Assembly (NCBI GenBank): GCA_013265495.1
Contig: MU058844.1
Location: forward strand, 2,893,520 to 2,957,519
Direction: 5' to 3'
Source: Vicugna vicugna
Lineage: Eukaryota
Length of the DNA: 64,000 nucleotides
Positions 1 to 13,690 of the stretch are shown piece after piece. The position numbers and the translations under genes are program-made. How positions within the stretch are numbered: position 1 is the stretch's first letter; each line of letters starts with the position of its first letter. The notes under the pieces were generated by a model. The model made no database searches. It saw nothing but the letters and a program-made list of their open reading frames with translations, and was not told the DNA's origin.

Positions 1-3000
1 ATGTGAACTCCATCTTGCCAATCTGCACTTGATTTAGGTAAAGAATGCCCTAAATCTTTGTTATTTCAGATGCTTTTAAAGTGTCTTTAAAAAGAAAACA
101 TGCCATTCAGAAGAGGTAGGGAAAGCTTCCTATAATTAACAGACCAAAGGAAGGATTGTGTTACAGGGCACACAGATAGGTATCTCAATTTCAAAAAAAG
201 GAAAAAGTTACATTCCTTCTCAGTGTTCATTCATGGTAGGTAGGCATGTTGGGGGTCCCTTGCTGAATGACATTTAAAACTCTGCAAAGAGTTACACACT
301 ATGTTTTAAGAAATGCCGACAGAGCCTTCTCTTTTCCTCTCCCCAGTTTACTGAAGGTTTAATTATTCTAATAGTCTGACATATATCAGGATTTACAAGT
401 AATCTCTTAAGAGTGCCCTGCATCCATTTTGCTGTTCTCTGAAACTGCCCACTTCTGTCTGCTAAAACAGCCCAGCTCAGCAGCTTCATTTATTTTAATG
501 CTTCTTTCAACCTGCAAACCAAAGGTTAGTGACAAGAGGGTAACTCAGCCTGCAGATTCCTTAATCTTTTCTGCCTGTGCCCAACAAAATGTGGCTTAAA
601 AAAAAAAAGAGAGATGGCATTTTTTTCTACTCTTAAGAAAGGGCTCTATATGCCCCAGATAAAACATTACTATGATATCATCATCATTTTCCAGAGTCTG
701 TTCCCCTAGTTTGCATGTTTTCCTTTAATCAAAATGAGTTGAGTAATGGAAGGGGACTTAATTCTGCTTCATTAAAGAGGTGATCTCATGCAAAACTATG
801 AAAAATTCTTTAGAGTTTTCTATTAAAATCTATCATAAATGATAACAGTGTTCATAACCAAAAGCTTTGTGGTCAGTTATCAGGAAATTACCCTGAAGTA
901 TAATCCTAGTTAACTAAAACAAAACTGTTCCCTGCTCAGGTCATCCCATCCCATTTGCCTCATTCTTAGCCCTCACCAGCTAGCTTCATTTTCCTTCTCC
1001 ATGAATGTTATTGTATTTAGATTCTTGGTGTTTGGGATGATGATCTAAGAACATTGCAAGATCAGAATCGTCAAGAAGATTCAAGTAGCATTTAATCACC
1101 ATACTTCCAATGACCAGAAAGCTAGAACTAATATATTTTAGAATGCCTCTTCAACAACAAAGCTTGAGATAAAATAGAGTCATAGAACTCCCTCTTAACC
1201 AGAAATCCAACTAACTAGAACAGTCTATTTACCAAGAAGTCTGGTTAATCCTATATTCTAGTGTATTTCATACTTGAGTTTACAAGGTCAGGAATATCCT
1301 GCTGTCCCCAAAGTTAATTTTGGGTTGATTCATGTATAAACAGGTATTACAGGAAAACCAGGCCAAGTGTTCCTGCCGAAAGTCGGTGGATTTTTATGGC
1401 TGTTCTTCCCCCATGGTGGGAGGCAGGAGGGGATGGAGGATAAAAAGAGGCATAAAGGCCTCTGGAGTCAAATGCCACGTTCTATCGAGGTTCAGTTCAC
1501 ACCACTCCACTTATTCAGCCTGACTTCATCATAGCAGAGAGCACAATGCCATGCGCCAGAGGTAAATATTCCCTCTTGCAGCTGTCAGACATTTTTGGTG
1601 GTTCACCAGCCTGACCTTCAAAATCCTGTTCACGACATTTATCTCCAGCCTTAAAGTTTAATGCCAGAGAAGTTAAACTGCGTAAGCATAGAAATAGAAA
1701 GCTCTTACATCAAAGTTCAAATTCTATTTAAAAAGACAAACAAACAAAACTTTGTCACTTAATTTTTAAATCCTGGCAGTGTGGGGGTGAGGGGAAGAGA
1801 AGGACAGAAAATGTGTTTTGTTTTGCTTTGTTATTTCATGACATCAAATTATAAAATTGAAAATTGAAGTTTAAGGTTGAAGTTAGGGCACTAAACAGCT
1901 ACAATAAATTTTTTTTCCAAAAAAATTATATAAGATTTAGTTTTTCCACATTGACCATTCCACATGAGGCATTTTTTTTCCTGTATGTGTTTTCCATTTA
2001 TTTTGTGTTCTTAAAAGCATCTGAAAAACTCAGTCATAAAAGTAAAGTATATAGTGACTTTTTTTTCCCTAAATTCCTCAAGTGTTATTCTAGCCAAAGC
2101 TGTCTGTTACCTTTCTTTTGTAGAACCATGAACTCTGAGTTACCCTCTAAATAAGACAGATAGCTTTCTCTCAAGTGGTGCCATCCAGAGATAACAGGCT
2201 ACGTTTTGTAAAAGTAAGCAGTAGAATACATTTGCGAAAACAGAGAGCGAGAGAGAAAAGGAAAGAAAAGAACAACTTCCCCTATACTTCAAGTAATTAA
2301 AGCTAAGCTCTCCTGGAAATTTCTCCAAGTATTTTGTCCTCCTCCAACTCTGATTTTTCCTTCTTTAACTCTGATCACACTTCCAAACAGGTCAACAGTA
2401 TACGGGTAAGCATCTCCTGTGTTTCATAATGGCTCAAATGCACCATCTCCCTGAGGAGCCACATCTTGAGAAACGAATCTTGTCTTTCTCTTCATTTGCA
2501 TCCTCCACAATGCTTGGTCAGTTAATATTTAAGAAGCACTTGCTGATTTATTACTTCTTCAAAACCACGAGTCTACCTACACACAAGAAAATTGTTCTAC
2601 AAAGTCAGAGCCCAGGGAGGGGGGGCTTTTGGTCATATGACATAAGTGATACATCCAAAGAAAAAGGTTCAAAGGCTAAAGGTGAATCTAAGATACACTT
2701 CTCCAGGCACTAAGAAACTGTCACAGTGCTCTCTGGAGAGTCAAAAACAATAAGAATTTAGCAACACTTGCACTTAACACCTGCTGGCCCACCCCACTAA
2801 GTGGGCCAGCAGAATAAGGCAATTTTCCAGGTGACTCATGGAAATAAGCCATTTTTAGCTAAAATATCCAAGCAGTTCAAGCTAAAGTAGGCTGTTACCT
2901 GGGTCATTCAGGCAAAAGCAGGTTGTTTGGTTTAGGTTTCCTGGCACTTGGGGGAAGGGGGAAGGCCAACTGTACTGAAAGATCAGCCAGGAGTTACCCC

Positions 3001-3828
3001 ACACCAAGACCTGGGATTACTGCTTACGGACACTCAGGCTTCAGCAACTTATGAGAAGGGAGAGGAACTAGCATTTTGGTGATCTCATATCCTACTCCAT
3101 GCATACACAGATGTAGTCTTAATTTGGAATCAGGGGCTTTGGGTGTTAAGGAACTCCCTTTACCATCATTCATTGGTGGAAAGAGGGACACCTGATTATA
3201 CAGATCCTGACTGTTCAAGCACTGAGAGGCACTACACAGACATCAGCTCATCTAACAATGAAGCCTGATATCAAAACCATAGGAAAGCCCCTGGTCCTTG
3301 TAGAAATAACATTGAAGATTTGTATTGTTCGTGTTGCACACAGTACCATTTCCTGGTGATGACATCTGAAGCATGTTTGTCCTTTACACATGCTACCAGA
3401 GGGATGATCGAGGACTGCCATCTGGGGGCTAGCCCAGAGCTTCCGCATCTGATGTCTGCCCAAGAGCTTTGTTGAAATGCTGCTTCCCCACATGTCCAGG
3501 CTATTTCCTGCCAGGACCAGGAACCATTTTGCTTTGTCAGCTCTTCATAGTAGCATTGCTTATACTTGATTCTCAGTAGGACGTTCCATGTTTTATTTGC
3601 ATATTCTGTTCACTCTGGCCCTGCCAAAGAAACTATTGTAAGCATGGTATTTTTCAGACTACAGCAAGCTCAGCTTCAGTGAAAAGGGACAGAGAGTGGT
3701 GAAATAGGGTAGAGTACAATAGATAAGTTGCCACAAGGAGAAAAGACACTCATGCAAACCTCCAGGGACATGTCTTAGCCATAGATTAGTTTAGCTGTTA
3801 TCCTCTTAATAGTAAGTGGTTCACCGCC

Positions 3829-4704
3829 CAGTCAGCCTTCTGTACCCATGGGTACCACATCCATGTGTTAGGCAGTTAGATAAATGCGAGCACCAGGCAG
3901 ACAAGTGGAGGAGAAGGAGGATGATCCGGAAGATGGTGTTATGCCCGCCTCCAGCATAAAGGGGCTTTACTTCCTCTAAATGAGTGTCAGCAAGAAACTT
4001 GTTAGAACCTGACAGCTACAACTGATTGGTAGCCACAAGGACCTAACTGGACATGACCCAGTGCTCATTGTAATATAATTAACATTGCAACTTAGCCCCC
4101 CCCCCCCGCCATGGGTTTTGCTGTGTACACCATGGCTAAGGACATGTGCAAAGGGGACAAACGTGACTAAGCACTCCAGGGACAAAAGCCATCAATCAAT
4201 CAAGACCACCTCTAAGAGAGGGTATAAGAGAACGGGGAGACAAAAACCACCACTTTTCCTCCCTTGGATCAGCCTTCCTCCCGTTCTTGGAGGTGTACTT
4301 TCCCTTTGGTAAATAAATCGTTTAAAATCTTTCACTATACAACGCTCCGTCTCTAGTCTGAATTCTTATGTTTTGGGTAAGACAAGAACTGGGGTCTTTT
4401 CTCTCCCCCTTTTGGGGTAAACCATGGATTCAAACAAGTGCAGACAGGAAATCTTTTTTTTAAATTCCAGAAAATTCCAAAAAGCAGAATTTGAATTTGC
4501 TGCACACTGACAACTATTTGCATAGCATTTATATTGGATTAGATATTACAAGTAGTCTAGAGGTGATTTAACGTATACAGGAGGATATGTGTAGGTTATA
4601 AGCAAGTACTATGCCATTGTATGTAAGGGACTTGAGCATCGTGGATTTTAGTGTCTGAGCTGGGGGTCCTGGAACCAACCTCCGATGGATGCTGAGAGAG
4701 GATA
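3829..4704 (-). mobile_element. MER2-like (TcMar-Tigger) non-autonomous DNA transposon, split by an LTR at 3866-4421
   Basis: 3829-3865 (cagtcagccttctgtacccatggg...cacatccatg) joins 4427-4704 (gattca...gggggtcctggaaccaacc). The joined sequence is the reverse complement of the MER2-like copy at 47511-47847. Confidence 0.85.
3866..4421 (+). mobile_element. ERV1-class solo LTR (~555 bp)
   Basis: Starts TGTTAGG and ends ..GGGGTAAA. Flanked by a ccatg direct repeat (3861-3865 / 4422-4426). TATAA at 4223 and AATAAA at 4312. Confidence 0.85.
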
Positions 4705-4926
4705 GACTCTGGAGTCAGGCATAGAATTTTGGTTCTTCTGTTTACCAGTGGAATGACTTTAGAAAAGTTGCTTTGACGTCTTTAAATCTCAGTTTTCTTA
4801 TCTCTAATGTAAGCATATATGTTAATACAGCCTTACACAGTTGTTGGAAAGACTAAATCAGATAATGTCTATAAAGCACTTAGCACCGGGTTAGTACAAA
4901 ATAAGCTTCCTAAAATGGTAGCTATT
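4705..4926 (+). mobile_element. MIR SINE
   Basis: gactctggagtcag...ctcagttttcttatct...taaagcacttagcac...aaatggtagctatt matches the MIR core and 3' end. Confidence 0.8.
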
Positions 4927-6249
4927 TGATCACTATCACCCTCTTTTTCTTCTTACTGCTTTAGGGATTGTCCAGCCTCTTGCTCTTCATGAGTGACATT
5001 TCTTCCCTGGACCATCACAAAATGAAACATAGGCTAATAGCTCTCCCCTTTCTTTTGTAACCCCAAATTAGATTCATAATATGATTGGCATTTTTAAAGA
5101 CATTTAACCAGTGGTAATATTAAGAAAACCAAGAATGAAATGCCTTCTACATATTGAGCAGGTTTTCATGTTTTTGGTATTTTTGGTTCCTTAAACACAG
5201 TCACAGCCATTCATAACTTGTATAGCTTGGCTTAGAAGGACTAAAAGACTAAGGAAAAAGTCATCTTCAAAGAAAAGGAAAAACAGACAAGTTGTATTAA
5301 TTCATGAACTAGGGTTCTAGGGATTTGAGTTCAGGTTTTCAGAATGAGATGGAAGTAGAGGAGAAATTCTAGGTGGTGATAGCAGGGAAGAAAGGAGAAT
5401 TCCTGATGCCACTAGACATAATGGCCATACCTCTTAAAACAAGAGGAGTCATACTGTTGTCTAAAGAGCATCAGTGTCCTCAACATGCAAGGGAATATTT
5501 ATAACAAAACTGTTCTGGAAAATCTGGACTTTGGAGTTCCTACCAGCTAGGACAACAAATCTCAAAGAGCCCTTCATATATATTAGAGTTTGGACTGCCT
5601 GTGTTAACTCTAGTATGAAGTGCCTTTCTTTGGGGCCTCCCTGTCTAATGGCTTTGAGTCTCCATCTGTACTGAACTGAACAAAGTGTCCAGGTAGCACT
5701 CTCAGCCTTCAGAATATTCACTTCTCCCTTAGAACTGAAAAATCTGTGATACATGTTTTTTGGGTTTTGTAGGTATTTGCAGACACATTTTGATAATCAC
5801 CTTAGTTTCATCCCAGCTATGTATTACTTTTTTTAATTAAAAGTTTCTCGGATTCGATTTCTGGTATTTGATGTTTGGTCACTGATAAGGAATCTACTAC
5901 CTCTGAATCCCAGTGTGACAGGTAACTAAATCCAACAGAAGATTTGCTATGTATAAATTCTTACCCATCACAATGGGTTAAGTTAATGTTTCAAGTTAAA
6001 AGAATATGATCCTTCAGTTACATACAGATTATCTTCTTTACTATTTGCAAAACAAATTAGAAGAAAAATTAAATTGAAAAAGTATGTTTTCAGTAGGAAG
6101 AAACCTTAAAGGAAAATTACTTCCATAATCAACAATAGTAGTATGTTTTTTTAAACTTCCATTAAGTTGCACTTTTGTATTGTTGCTTCCCTCCATGAAG
6201 TTTCTCAAAGACTCCCTTTCCTTTCTGTCAGGTCAATGATGCCCAGCAT

Positions 6250-6657
6250 GACTGACCTCTTCCTATCTCTACAAACTTACCTTGTTCCATTCTCCCACCA
6301 TTTTCCTTTCTTTAACCACACAAGCCTTCATTCAGTCTTCGAAAGAGCTAAATCCCTTCCTACCCCAGGCCCTTTGCCCGTGCAGATTATCTTTACTGTC
6401 TTATTTCTTACCCTCCCCCCACACACTCTTCCATTGCTTTATTGCACATGCTCCTACCTCTTTGTACTTATCCTTTGTAGTACATGTTCATAATTGTAAT
6501 TAATTCATTATTGGAATACTATCTCTCTCCCTGCTAGAATCAGATTTCCATGAGAACAGATACTTTATCCTTCTTAGTCAAGCTCTATCTTCTGCTCCTA
6601 GCAAGAAAGCACACAGAAGGTGCTCACTAAAAAATTGATTGGCTGATGGAATAAATA
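6250..6657 (+). mobile_element. L2 LINE 3' fragment
   Basis: ctagaatcagatttccatgagaacagatac...cctagca...gtgctcactaaaaaattgattggctgatggaataa is typical of the L2 3' end. Boundaries are approximate. Confidence 0.7.
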
Positions 6658-7929
6658 CTACAGATTTTAGAGAAACTTTTAAGGTGATCATATTACACCC
6701 TCTTCCTGGCTTACCTAGCAATATTCTAGTTCTTCTGAGAAGCTGGCGGTCTTCTGTAGGTACTACAAAACTACTCAGAGAGAAGTTAATGTCAATAGTC
6801 ATTTTTTTAAGTCCCACAGGAAATGATTACTTTTACAGTTTCCGCTGGGCAGAACTGCCTTGACTCTTACCTGCCTAAGATGAAGTTACCTAGTCTCTTC
6901 ACTAAAATCCCTTACCTTTTTGTCTGTTTATTTCAACTAGAATTCTCTCCTAACCAAGTCTATGGTACATAAGATACTTTCTTTCAAAAGTTGCATATTA
7001 TATCTTTCTTTAAAAAGGAAAATCCTAACAACTAAAAATCAAATTCTTATCCATTTTCCTCTTTCATCCTTTTTAACTAGTGTAATGTCACAAATCAACT
7101 CTAGCATCCCACCAAATGCTGTAGACCAAAAACTGAAACTACTCTGCAATTGTCCAAATTACAGTGAACATCAGATAAAAGGTTTGCTATCTCCTGTTCT
7201 CTACTTTCAGGAGCCATAAATAACCCAGCACAAGCAGAGCTCACCCTGAAAGCAACACAACACATCCTAGAAGTTTAAATAGGGGGAGAACAGTGCTGCA
7301 GTTTCAGTACTATAAATGGAAGTCACATAAATTATCTTTTTAGCAATCCAAGTTGACCAGAATTTCGTGACCAACCAAGCACCACCTTGCACTCTGCATT
7401 TCCCCCCAAAGGTCTGCTATACAATGCTGGTGTTGCAATGCTGGTATTATTTGCTGTCCATGTGTGGTTAGCAGTAAAACAGAGAATCAACGTTTCTGTT
7501 TGTGTTTGTGAAACTTTTGAATAATTCACACAATAACCAGATAAATCTCAAACTGGCCTGTCCTGACATTTAAGACACGAGACCCATTCAAATAAAGAAA
7601 ATAGGAAAGATGTCTCTGACTGCCCAAAGAGAGGTCGGTTGATCCTGATTTCCTTCAAGATAGCCTGTGATCAAATGTAGTCTACAGCCCTTACAAAAGT
7701 AAAGAATGGAAAATCTTGTCACACTGGAGATTTAGTTAAACTGGATTCAAATATTTAGGCTATGACTATCCAGGATGAAGTAAAGTCGAACTATAGTTAA
7801 TTTGACTATTAACTGGCCCCTGGACCTCAGCCATCCCCCACCAACACACACACACCGCAAACACACACACACACATGCCCTTCAAATTTCAACATCTCTT
7901 TCCTTTGCAGTCCTCTTTGACCCTGTCTC

Positions 7930-8138
7930 TTGCCCTCAGCTCTGGTTGTATCCTCATCCTCTGTGTTTCCATAGTTCCCTAGTACTTGTTTTTAATTACC
8001 TACGTGTTTGTCTTTTACCTTAATAAGACCCATGAGCTGCTTAATGGCAAGAATCTTATTTTATTTCTCCTTATATTCCCAGCACTCAGTACTGATCCTG
8101 GTCCATAAGTATTTGATGAATGAAGGAAGGAATGAATT
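7930..8138 (+). mobile_element. L2 LINE 3' fragment
   Basis: catgagctgcttaatggcaagaatc...tattcccagcactcagtac...tgatgaatgaaggaaggaatgaat tail. Confidence 0.7.
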
Positions 8139-9954
8139 ACACTAAAAGATTTCCTGTGGTGTCACAAAATGCATGACAAGGTAACTTTCTTAGAACCAAG
8201 GAAAGTGTACTTTCTTGCTGTTATCCTGAAACCTGAAGCCTAAAAGTTATCAAGTCTGAGATTCCCAGGACTGCACTCAGAGATTGCATAATGCCTGAGA
8301 AGTACCACAGTTGGCTATGTTCAGTGATGACTTGAAAATTAAGAGGAAAATCTTCTATCCAGGACACTGGCCCCACTTCAGCTGACTGTTTTGCAGATTC
8401 TATCACCACTCTAATTCTGCCATAGGAAGGGCTGCTTCCCTGGAACCACTCCGCCTCTCCCATCAAGGAGACAAAGCACGTGTTCTCCTTTCCCACAGCT
8501 GTTTCCTTGCCTTGCTCACCATCTTTATTGCTTCCTTGAAACCCTCCACCCACTGGGATTGCTCTCTTACCCACTGTATCCATTACCTAGCAATATCCAG
8601 TGTGCCGCCCTGTACTGTTTGAGGATATTGGAACTTGGCTTATAGTTTTTCTTTTCCTATAGTCCCCACCTATCATCGTAGGCAACTCTACTACCCACAC
8701 CAAACAATTATTTATGCTTCTAATTCCTTGCCCTCCTCCAATCCAGTGTCTTGTACTTAAGCACCAGAGTCTTGATTCTTCAGTTTACTTGCCCTCTCCT
8801 GGCTGTTTTCCTCTGTATGAACTGTTGATTCGGAAAGGGGGAGGATGGTTGGAGACGGGAGTTTGGCTTAGGCTAGGGACCTTGAGCAAAAGAACCATGT
8901 AACAAAGAGAAATCGATAACTTACCTTGGACCAGGAAGAGTAAAAAGATAAGGATGAGTCCAAATTATCAAGTACAATGAAGAAAGGTAAAATTAGTCTG
9001 ATAGGTAAAAACCTAGAAAAATATTAATATAGAAGTAGTCACAGTGTTTATCACTCTCTTAGCTGCGCTCAATTTCCCCTTCTCATCCTCATTTCCACCT
9101 TTGGAAACCAGCCTGACTCTGCCAGATCTCTTCCTAGACTTGTGTAATGCAGAGTGAAAGGAAAAGTTTGGAGACTAGAGAAGGAAAAGATTAATGGACC
9201 CAGTCAAGAGCTGGGGGAAAGTAATAGGAGGAATATGAATGGGACAGGTCCCGCTGAGGGCGAGAGTAACAGGAGGGACGAGTGGGATTAGGAAGTAAGA
9301 GGCTCTGACAATAAGACAATTGCAAAGGAAAGGAAAAAGAAAAGAATTCAAAAGTTGGATCCCATTTATACCTTCCAAGAAATACAAAAGGAATTCCTCA
9401 CTTTGTGTGTGTGTCTGTCTGTCTGTGCTTTACTCTGAGCCTGAATCACATAAGTTACAGCTCAACTGAATTACTTTGGAATCCAATGTGGAGGGTCAAC
9501 ATCAGACAGTGGACCAACTGAGTAAGGATATTTAGGATACAAACAATTATATGAATTCTACTGACCAGCCCCTGAGTAAGCAGAGAGCTGTGGAGGCACA
9601 GGATGAAGATGGTGAGCCTTGAACTAGTCTGCAGCGTGCCAGTCCCTACCCTGGGTCAACCCAACCATCTGTTTCTGTGGGCTTGCTCCCAAGCTACCAA
9701 ATGCATTTGCAGAAAATTGGCTCTAAAACAAATTTATAATTTTCAAGCTCAGCGGGACTGTCAGTGCTGCTCAGCAATTCTTTTACTCACACATGATTGG
9801 CTCCCTTTCCCATCCCCAATAGCAGCTGTGCCCATGTTTCATCATTCTTTTTCAGGGCCCCAACACACTTTCTCCATTCATGCTTGCATTCAACAACCAT
9901 TTATTGAGCACTTACTGTATTCCAAACGCTCTTTAGGGGCTTCTGGAAGGTAAA

Positions 9955-10260
9955 ACAGCATCATCACAAATTCACTGATGCGCCTCCCATCAAAAAGACA
10001 GGGTCTGTTTTCTTACCCCATCGAGCTATTTGATTTGCTTTGGTGACTAGCATACAGCAGAAATAATGTTGTACTGCTTTCAAATAAGCACTCAAGAGTC
10101 ACTGCAGCTTGCCCTACCCTCTTTGTGCTCTGAAAAGCCCTAATCTATTCTCCTTGAGGATGCAAGAGGACAGGGATAGAGACACCCGGGCAACTCAGCC
10201 ATCACAGCTGAGCCCAGCTACTAGCCAGCCTGCTGACTGAAGGCCACCACTTGAGGAAGC
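9955..10260 (+). mobile_element. Old MLT1 (F/G/H-like) MaLR LTR fragment
   Basis: cacaaattcactgatgcgcctcccatcaaaaagacagggtctg...cagcagaaataatgttgtactgcttt...ctgcagcttgcc. A short minus-strand L2 end precedes it at about 9875-9950. Confidence 0.55.
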
Positions 10261-10419
10261 TCCTCTGGTCTTTCTCCATTTCCTCCTGTCTCCACATGAG
10301 ATCAGCCAATTTTCAGCAGCTCTCATCTCTTTCATGTAATGCCTATGGCAGCTAATAGTAGCCAATGCACACTCTCACTTTGACTCTTCAAAGTCTGGCT
10401 CCAACCATGCTTTTCTGTA

Positions 10420-10855
10420 TCAACCTACCCCATTTATCACATTCTTCAGTCCTATGAATGGTCCAGGCCTCTGGACTCTTCACCGTTTCCCAGACATGCC
10501 ATGGATGTTCACACCATGCCCTTGCCTTTGCTCGTCACTGATGATTGACACTCCTGATATATTTTCTAGGTTCTGCTCAAGTGTATTTTTTGTGAAGTTG
10601 CCCACAACCTTGTCCTATCCAAAACCTTCCATCAAAATTAGTCTCTTCTTCCTCTGTTGTCCCAGAGAAATGTGTTTTTAATCCTAGTAGCATATAACAT
10701 GGTTTTATAGTTATAGTTTATATACTTCTTTTTGTTCCCAATCTGCATCTTGACCTTTAGTTACTAAAGAGTGGCAATTTGGGATTACAGATCTCTGTGT
10801 TCCTGGTGTGTAATATAGAACATAGTGGGAGCTTACTTAATATTTATTAAAAAGT
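10420..10855 (+). mobile_element. L2 LINE 3' fragment
   Basis: ccttgcctttgct...catagtgggagcttacttaatatttattaa. Confidence 0.55.
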
Positions 10856-11961
10856 AACTATATGCATACAAAGCTAACAGTATTCTAGTCAATTGAATGA
10901 TTCTGTCCACCCATGTCTCACCAATAATCACTGCCAAATTAAGTATGCAACAATCTACTGTGATATTTCACTCAACCAAAATGACCAAGCCTGCCACGGG
11001 GCAGGTGGACTATTACATGCCAAGAGCACCATTCTGATTTGTTCAGAGCATTAAAAGGGAGAAGTTCTCAATAATACACAGATGGCATAAAAGATCTGAT
11101 GCACTCTGTCTCCAAAGGGCAAGCACTTCATTTTCTTCTTGCCACCAAGACAAGACTCATTATCTAATTTTGTGTATCTGTCTTAAAGTTATTTATAAAT
11201 AGAGACCATAACTTTAAAAGGACAATTTTGGTAGCTGTTTAGAACTACCTCATTTAAATGCATGAAATCCTAAAATGTAATGCATTTTCAATGCATGAAA
11301 TCATTGAGAAATGCAGAGAAGCATAGAAAAATGGGTATCTTTAGAAGATCCAGTTCACATTGCTTTGTGTTCCTGCTCATAGCACAAAGCTCCAGAGAAA
11401 TATATAATCTTACTTTGTGAAGGTTACAGATATGTATATAAAATATTGTATTATGTATCTTTTACTTTCCACTCACATTTACGTTTATGGTATCTCAAAT
11501 CTTAAGCATTTCACATACACTTTCTGATTGTGTTTTTGTATTTTTTTCTTAGACCTGTAGTTTGTTGAAGCTAGAAAGAACCTAAAAGTCATATAGCCCA
11601 ATCCCTTCATTTCACTGAAATTCAGAAAGGTCAAATGACTTACTCAAGTTTACAGAATAACAAAATAGTAATATTGACAAAAAGGTTTCCTGAGTCCACT
11701 AAAAATTGAAGTGGTATAGTAAAACTAACATTTACCAAAGGGGTTATAGATCTTGCAGTTCCACTTTTGGGTCAGATCAATTAAACATTTTTCCATTTTT
11801 AGAAAACTGGGGGCCAAATATAATCCTGCCTTTACTAAACTGACATATTCCCACACAATACATATCTACCGTAATTCTACTAAAGAATCTGTGACTTTAA
11901 AAATTCCTTTTCTTAATCAGTCTAACTAGAGATTTATTTTATATTTCAACACAGTTTGCTT

Positions 11962-11984
11962 ACACACACACACACACACACACA
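11962..11984. repeat. (AC)n microsatellite, ~11 units
   Basis: Pure AC run read directly. Confidence 0.95.
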
Positions 11985-12776
11985 TTTAGTAGCCTAGCTT
12001 AACTAGAAGGTACCTCTTTAACTAATGTGCATGCTTAACCTACAGTAATGAAAATCTTACCATGCCTGAATCCCTCAGATGCATCAGTCACTTTTTCTTG
12101 GTGATTTAATCGCTTCCTTCCATTTAATTACTTTGAGGATTAACTGTGGGCAAATGTATTCCAATAATAGGCCAATTTACAAAGAACAGGAAGCCTTCCT
12201 CGCAGTCCCAGGGGAAATTTAGCACTTCCGACTGTAACTCTGCATTACAGCTCTCATGTTTCTCTTAGCCCTTAAGCCATAAGTATCACCTTACAAGTTT
12301 AGGTGTGAAAAAATGTCATGGGATGCACTATTTACATGCTAGCATTTGTACACAATTTCTGGCAAGAGTAAAGACGATTTTTCTTAATCTGGGCCATACA
12401 GGAAGCTATTTCTTTCTAAATCAAGTCGTAATGCTTAAACAAGCAAACAGTGCAGCCAAGACAAAAATCAATTTGCAAAAAAAGGAAGCTTTTTTCCAAA
12501 CACTCCAGCAGTCACTGGGGAATGATGCTTTTACAAATCTAATGCTTGAGAGTATTACAGTATTAGGTTAGGTTGATCCTATTTTTCTAGTTGGATTTAT
12601 TTTATCTGAGAGTCAAGGTGATTAATAGTATTGAATACTACTATCACCAATGTTTTCACTACCAGAAGAAATACTTTTCCTCCTGAATAATAAACATAGA
12701 AATCAGTCCAGTGACCTTCATTTGACCTGTTGACCACATGTGTCTGGGCATCTTCCAGTGGCTAAATTCTCCATGA

Positions 12777-12954
12777 CAGTGGTTCCCAAACTTTGTTGCA
12801 CATTAGAATCATCTGAAGAGCTTTTAAAAATCCCAATGCCCAGGTCACACCCACCCCAATTAAATCAAAATATCTGGTGGGTGGAAGCCAAGCATCGGTA
12901 TTTTTAATGATTCCTTAGATGATTGCAGTAAGCAGCAAAATTTGGGAACCAGTG
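12777..12954. mobile_element. MER5-family hAT-Charlie MITE (178 bp)
   Basis: Terminal inverted repeats cagtggttcccaaact / aatttgggaaccagtg. Internal cacattagaatca motif. Degenerate 8-bp TSD ctccatga / ttccggga. Confidence 0.85.
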
Positions 12955-13149
12955 TTCCGGGACATTTCTGACTCATATTTCTTTCCAGTAGATAAATTCT
13001 CAGAATGGAGCATGAGTAGAGAATTTCCTTCTCTGTTCTAACTTCTACTCTTATAAAATCAAGAAATCTTAAAGATGTGTGTAGTTGGAGGTTATGTTTA
13101 TTAAAACAGGGAAATTAGTATTTAGATCATGAGCCATGAAACAGTTTAT

Positions 13150-13690
13150 ATCCTTAGATAACACCTATTTTAGTTTATGAATCTGTTTTAAAGATACAAT
13201 AAAATATGCAGATGTGTGTACAAAGATGTCCATATCAGTGTTAGTTGTAATTTTTAAATATTTTTAAGTTTTTCTATCAAGATGTCATAGCTTAATGAAT
13301 TATGAAACAACTATATGAAGAATATTATGTTTTCATTAAATAGGAAAATCTTCTCACTATGTGAAGTATAAAAGTACAATACATATATATATTCATACTT
13401 TAAAATGTCCTATATAAATCAGTTACATATACATATATGTGCATATATGTATATATATGTATATGCATATGTGTGTATATAAAATATTGGAAAGTGTGTA
13501 CATGGACAAATATGCCTAAACGCAAAAAGACAGGTCTGGAAGGTCACATTTTAAATTGGAAACAGTGTTTATTCTGGTCAGTACAGTAGAGCTGGGCAAA
13601 GTGAAGTTAGACTTTATTTTTCTATTGCATGTACTTTTTTCCTATTTGTGTTTTTACAGTGTTGCAATGTATATCATTAAAATTTTAAGT
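13150..13690 (+). mobile_element. Old L1M (L1ME/MC-like) 3' fragment with internal TA-rich simple repeat
   Basis: gtacaaagatgtccatatcagtgttagttgtaa...aatgaattatg...aggtctggaagg...aacagtgtttattctgg. Confidence 0.65.

Noticed and set aside
8200..9470. Possible very old LTR (Gypsy/ERVL-like) remnants; similar impressions at 2800-3550, 20600-21150 and 30930-31450
   Set aside because: The composition is suggestive, but I could not identify termini, TSDs or diagnostic motifs without an HMM search.
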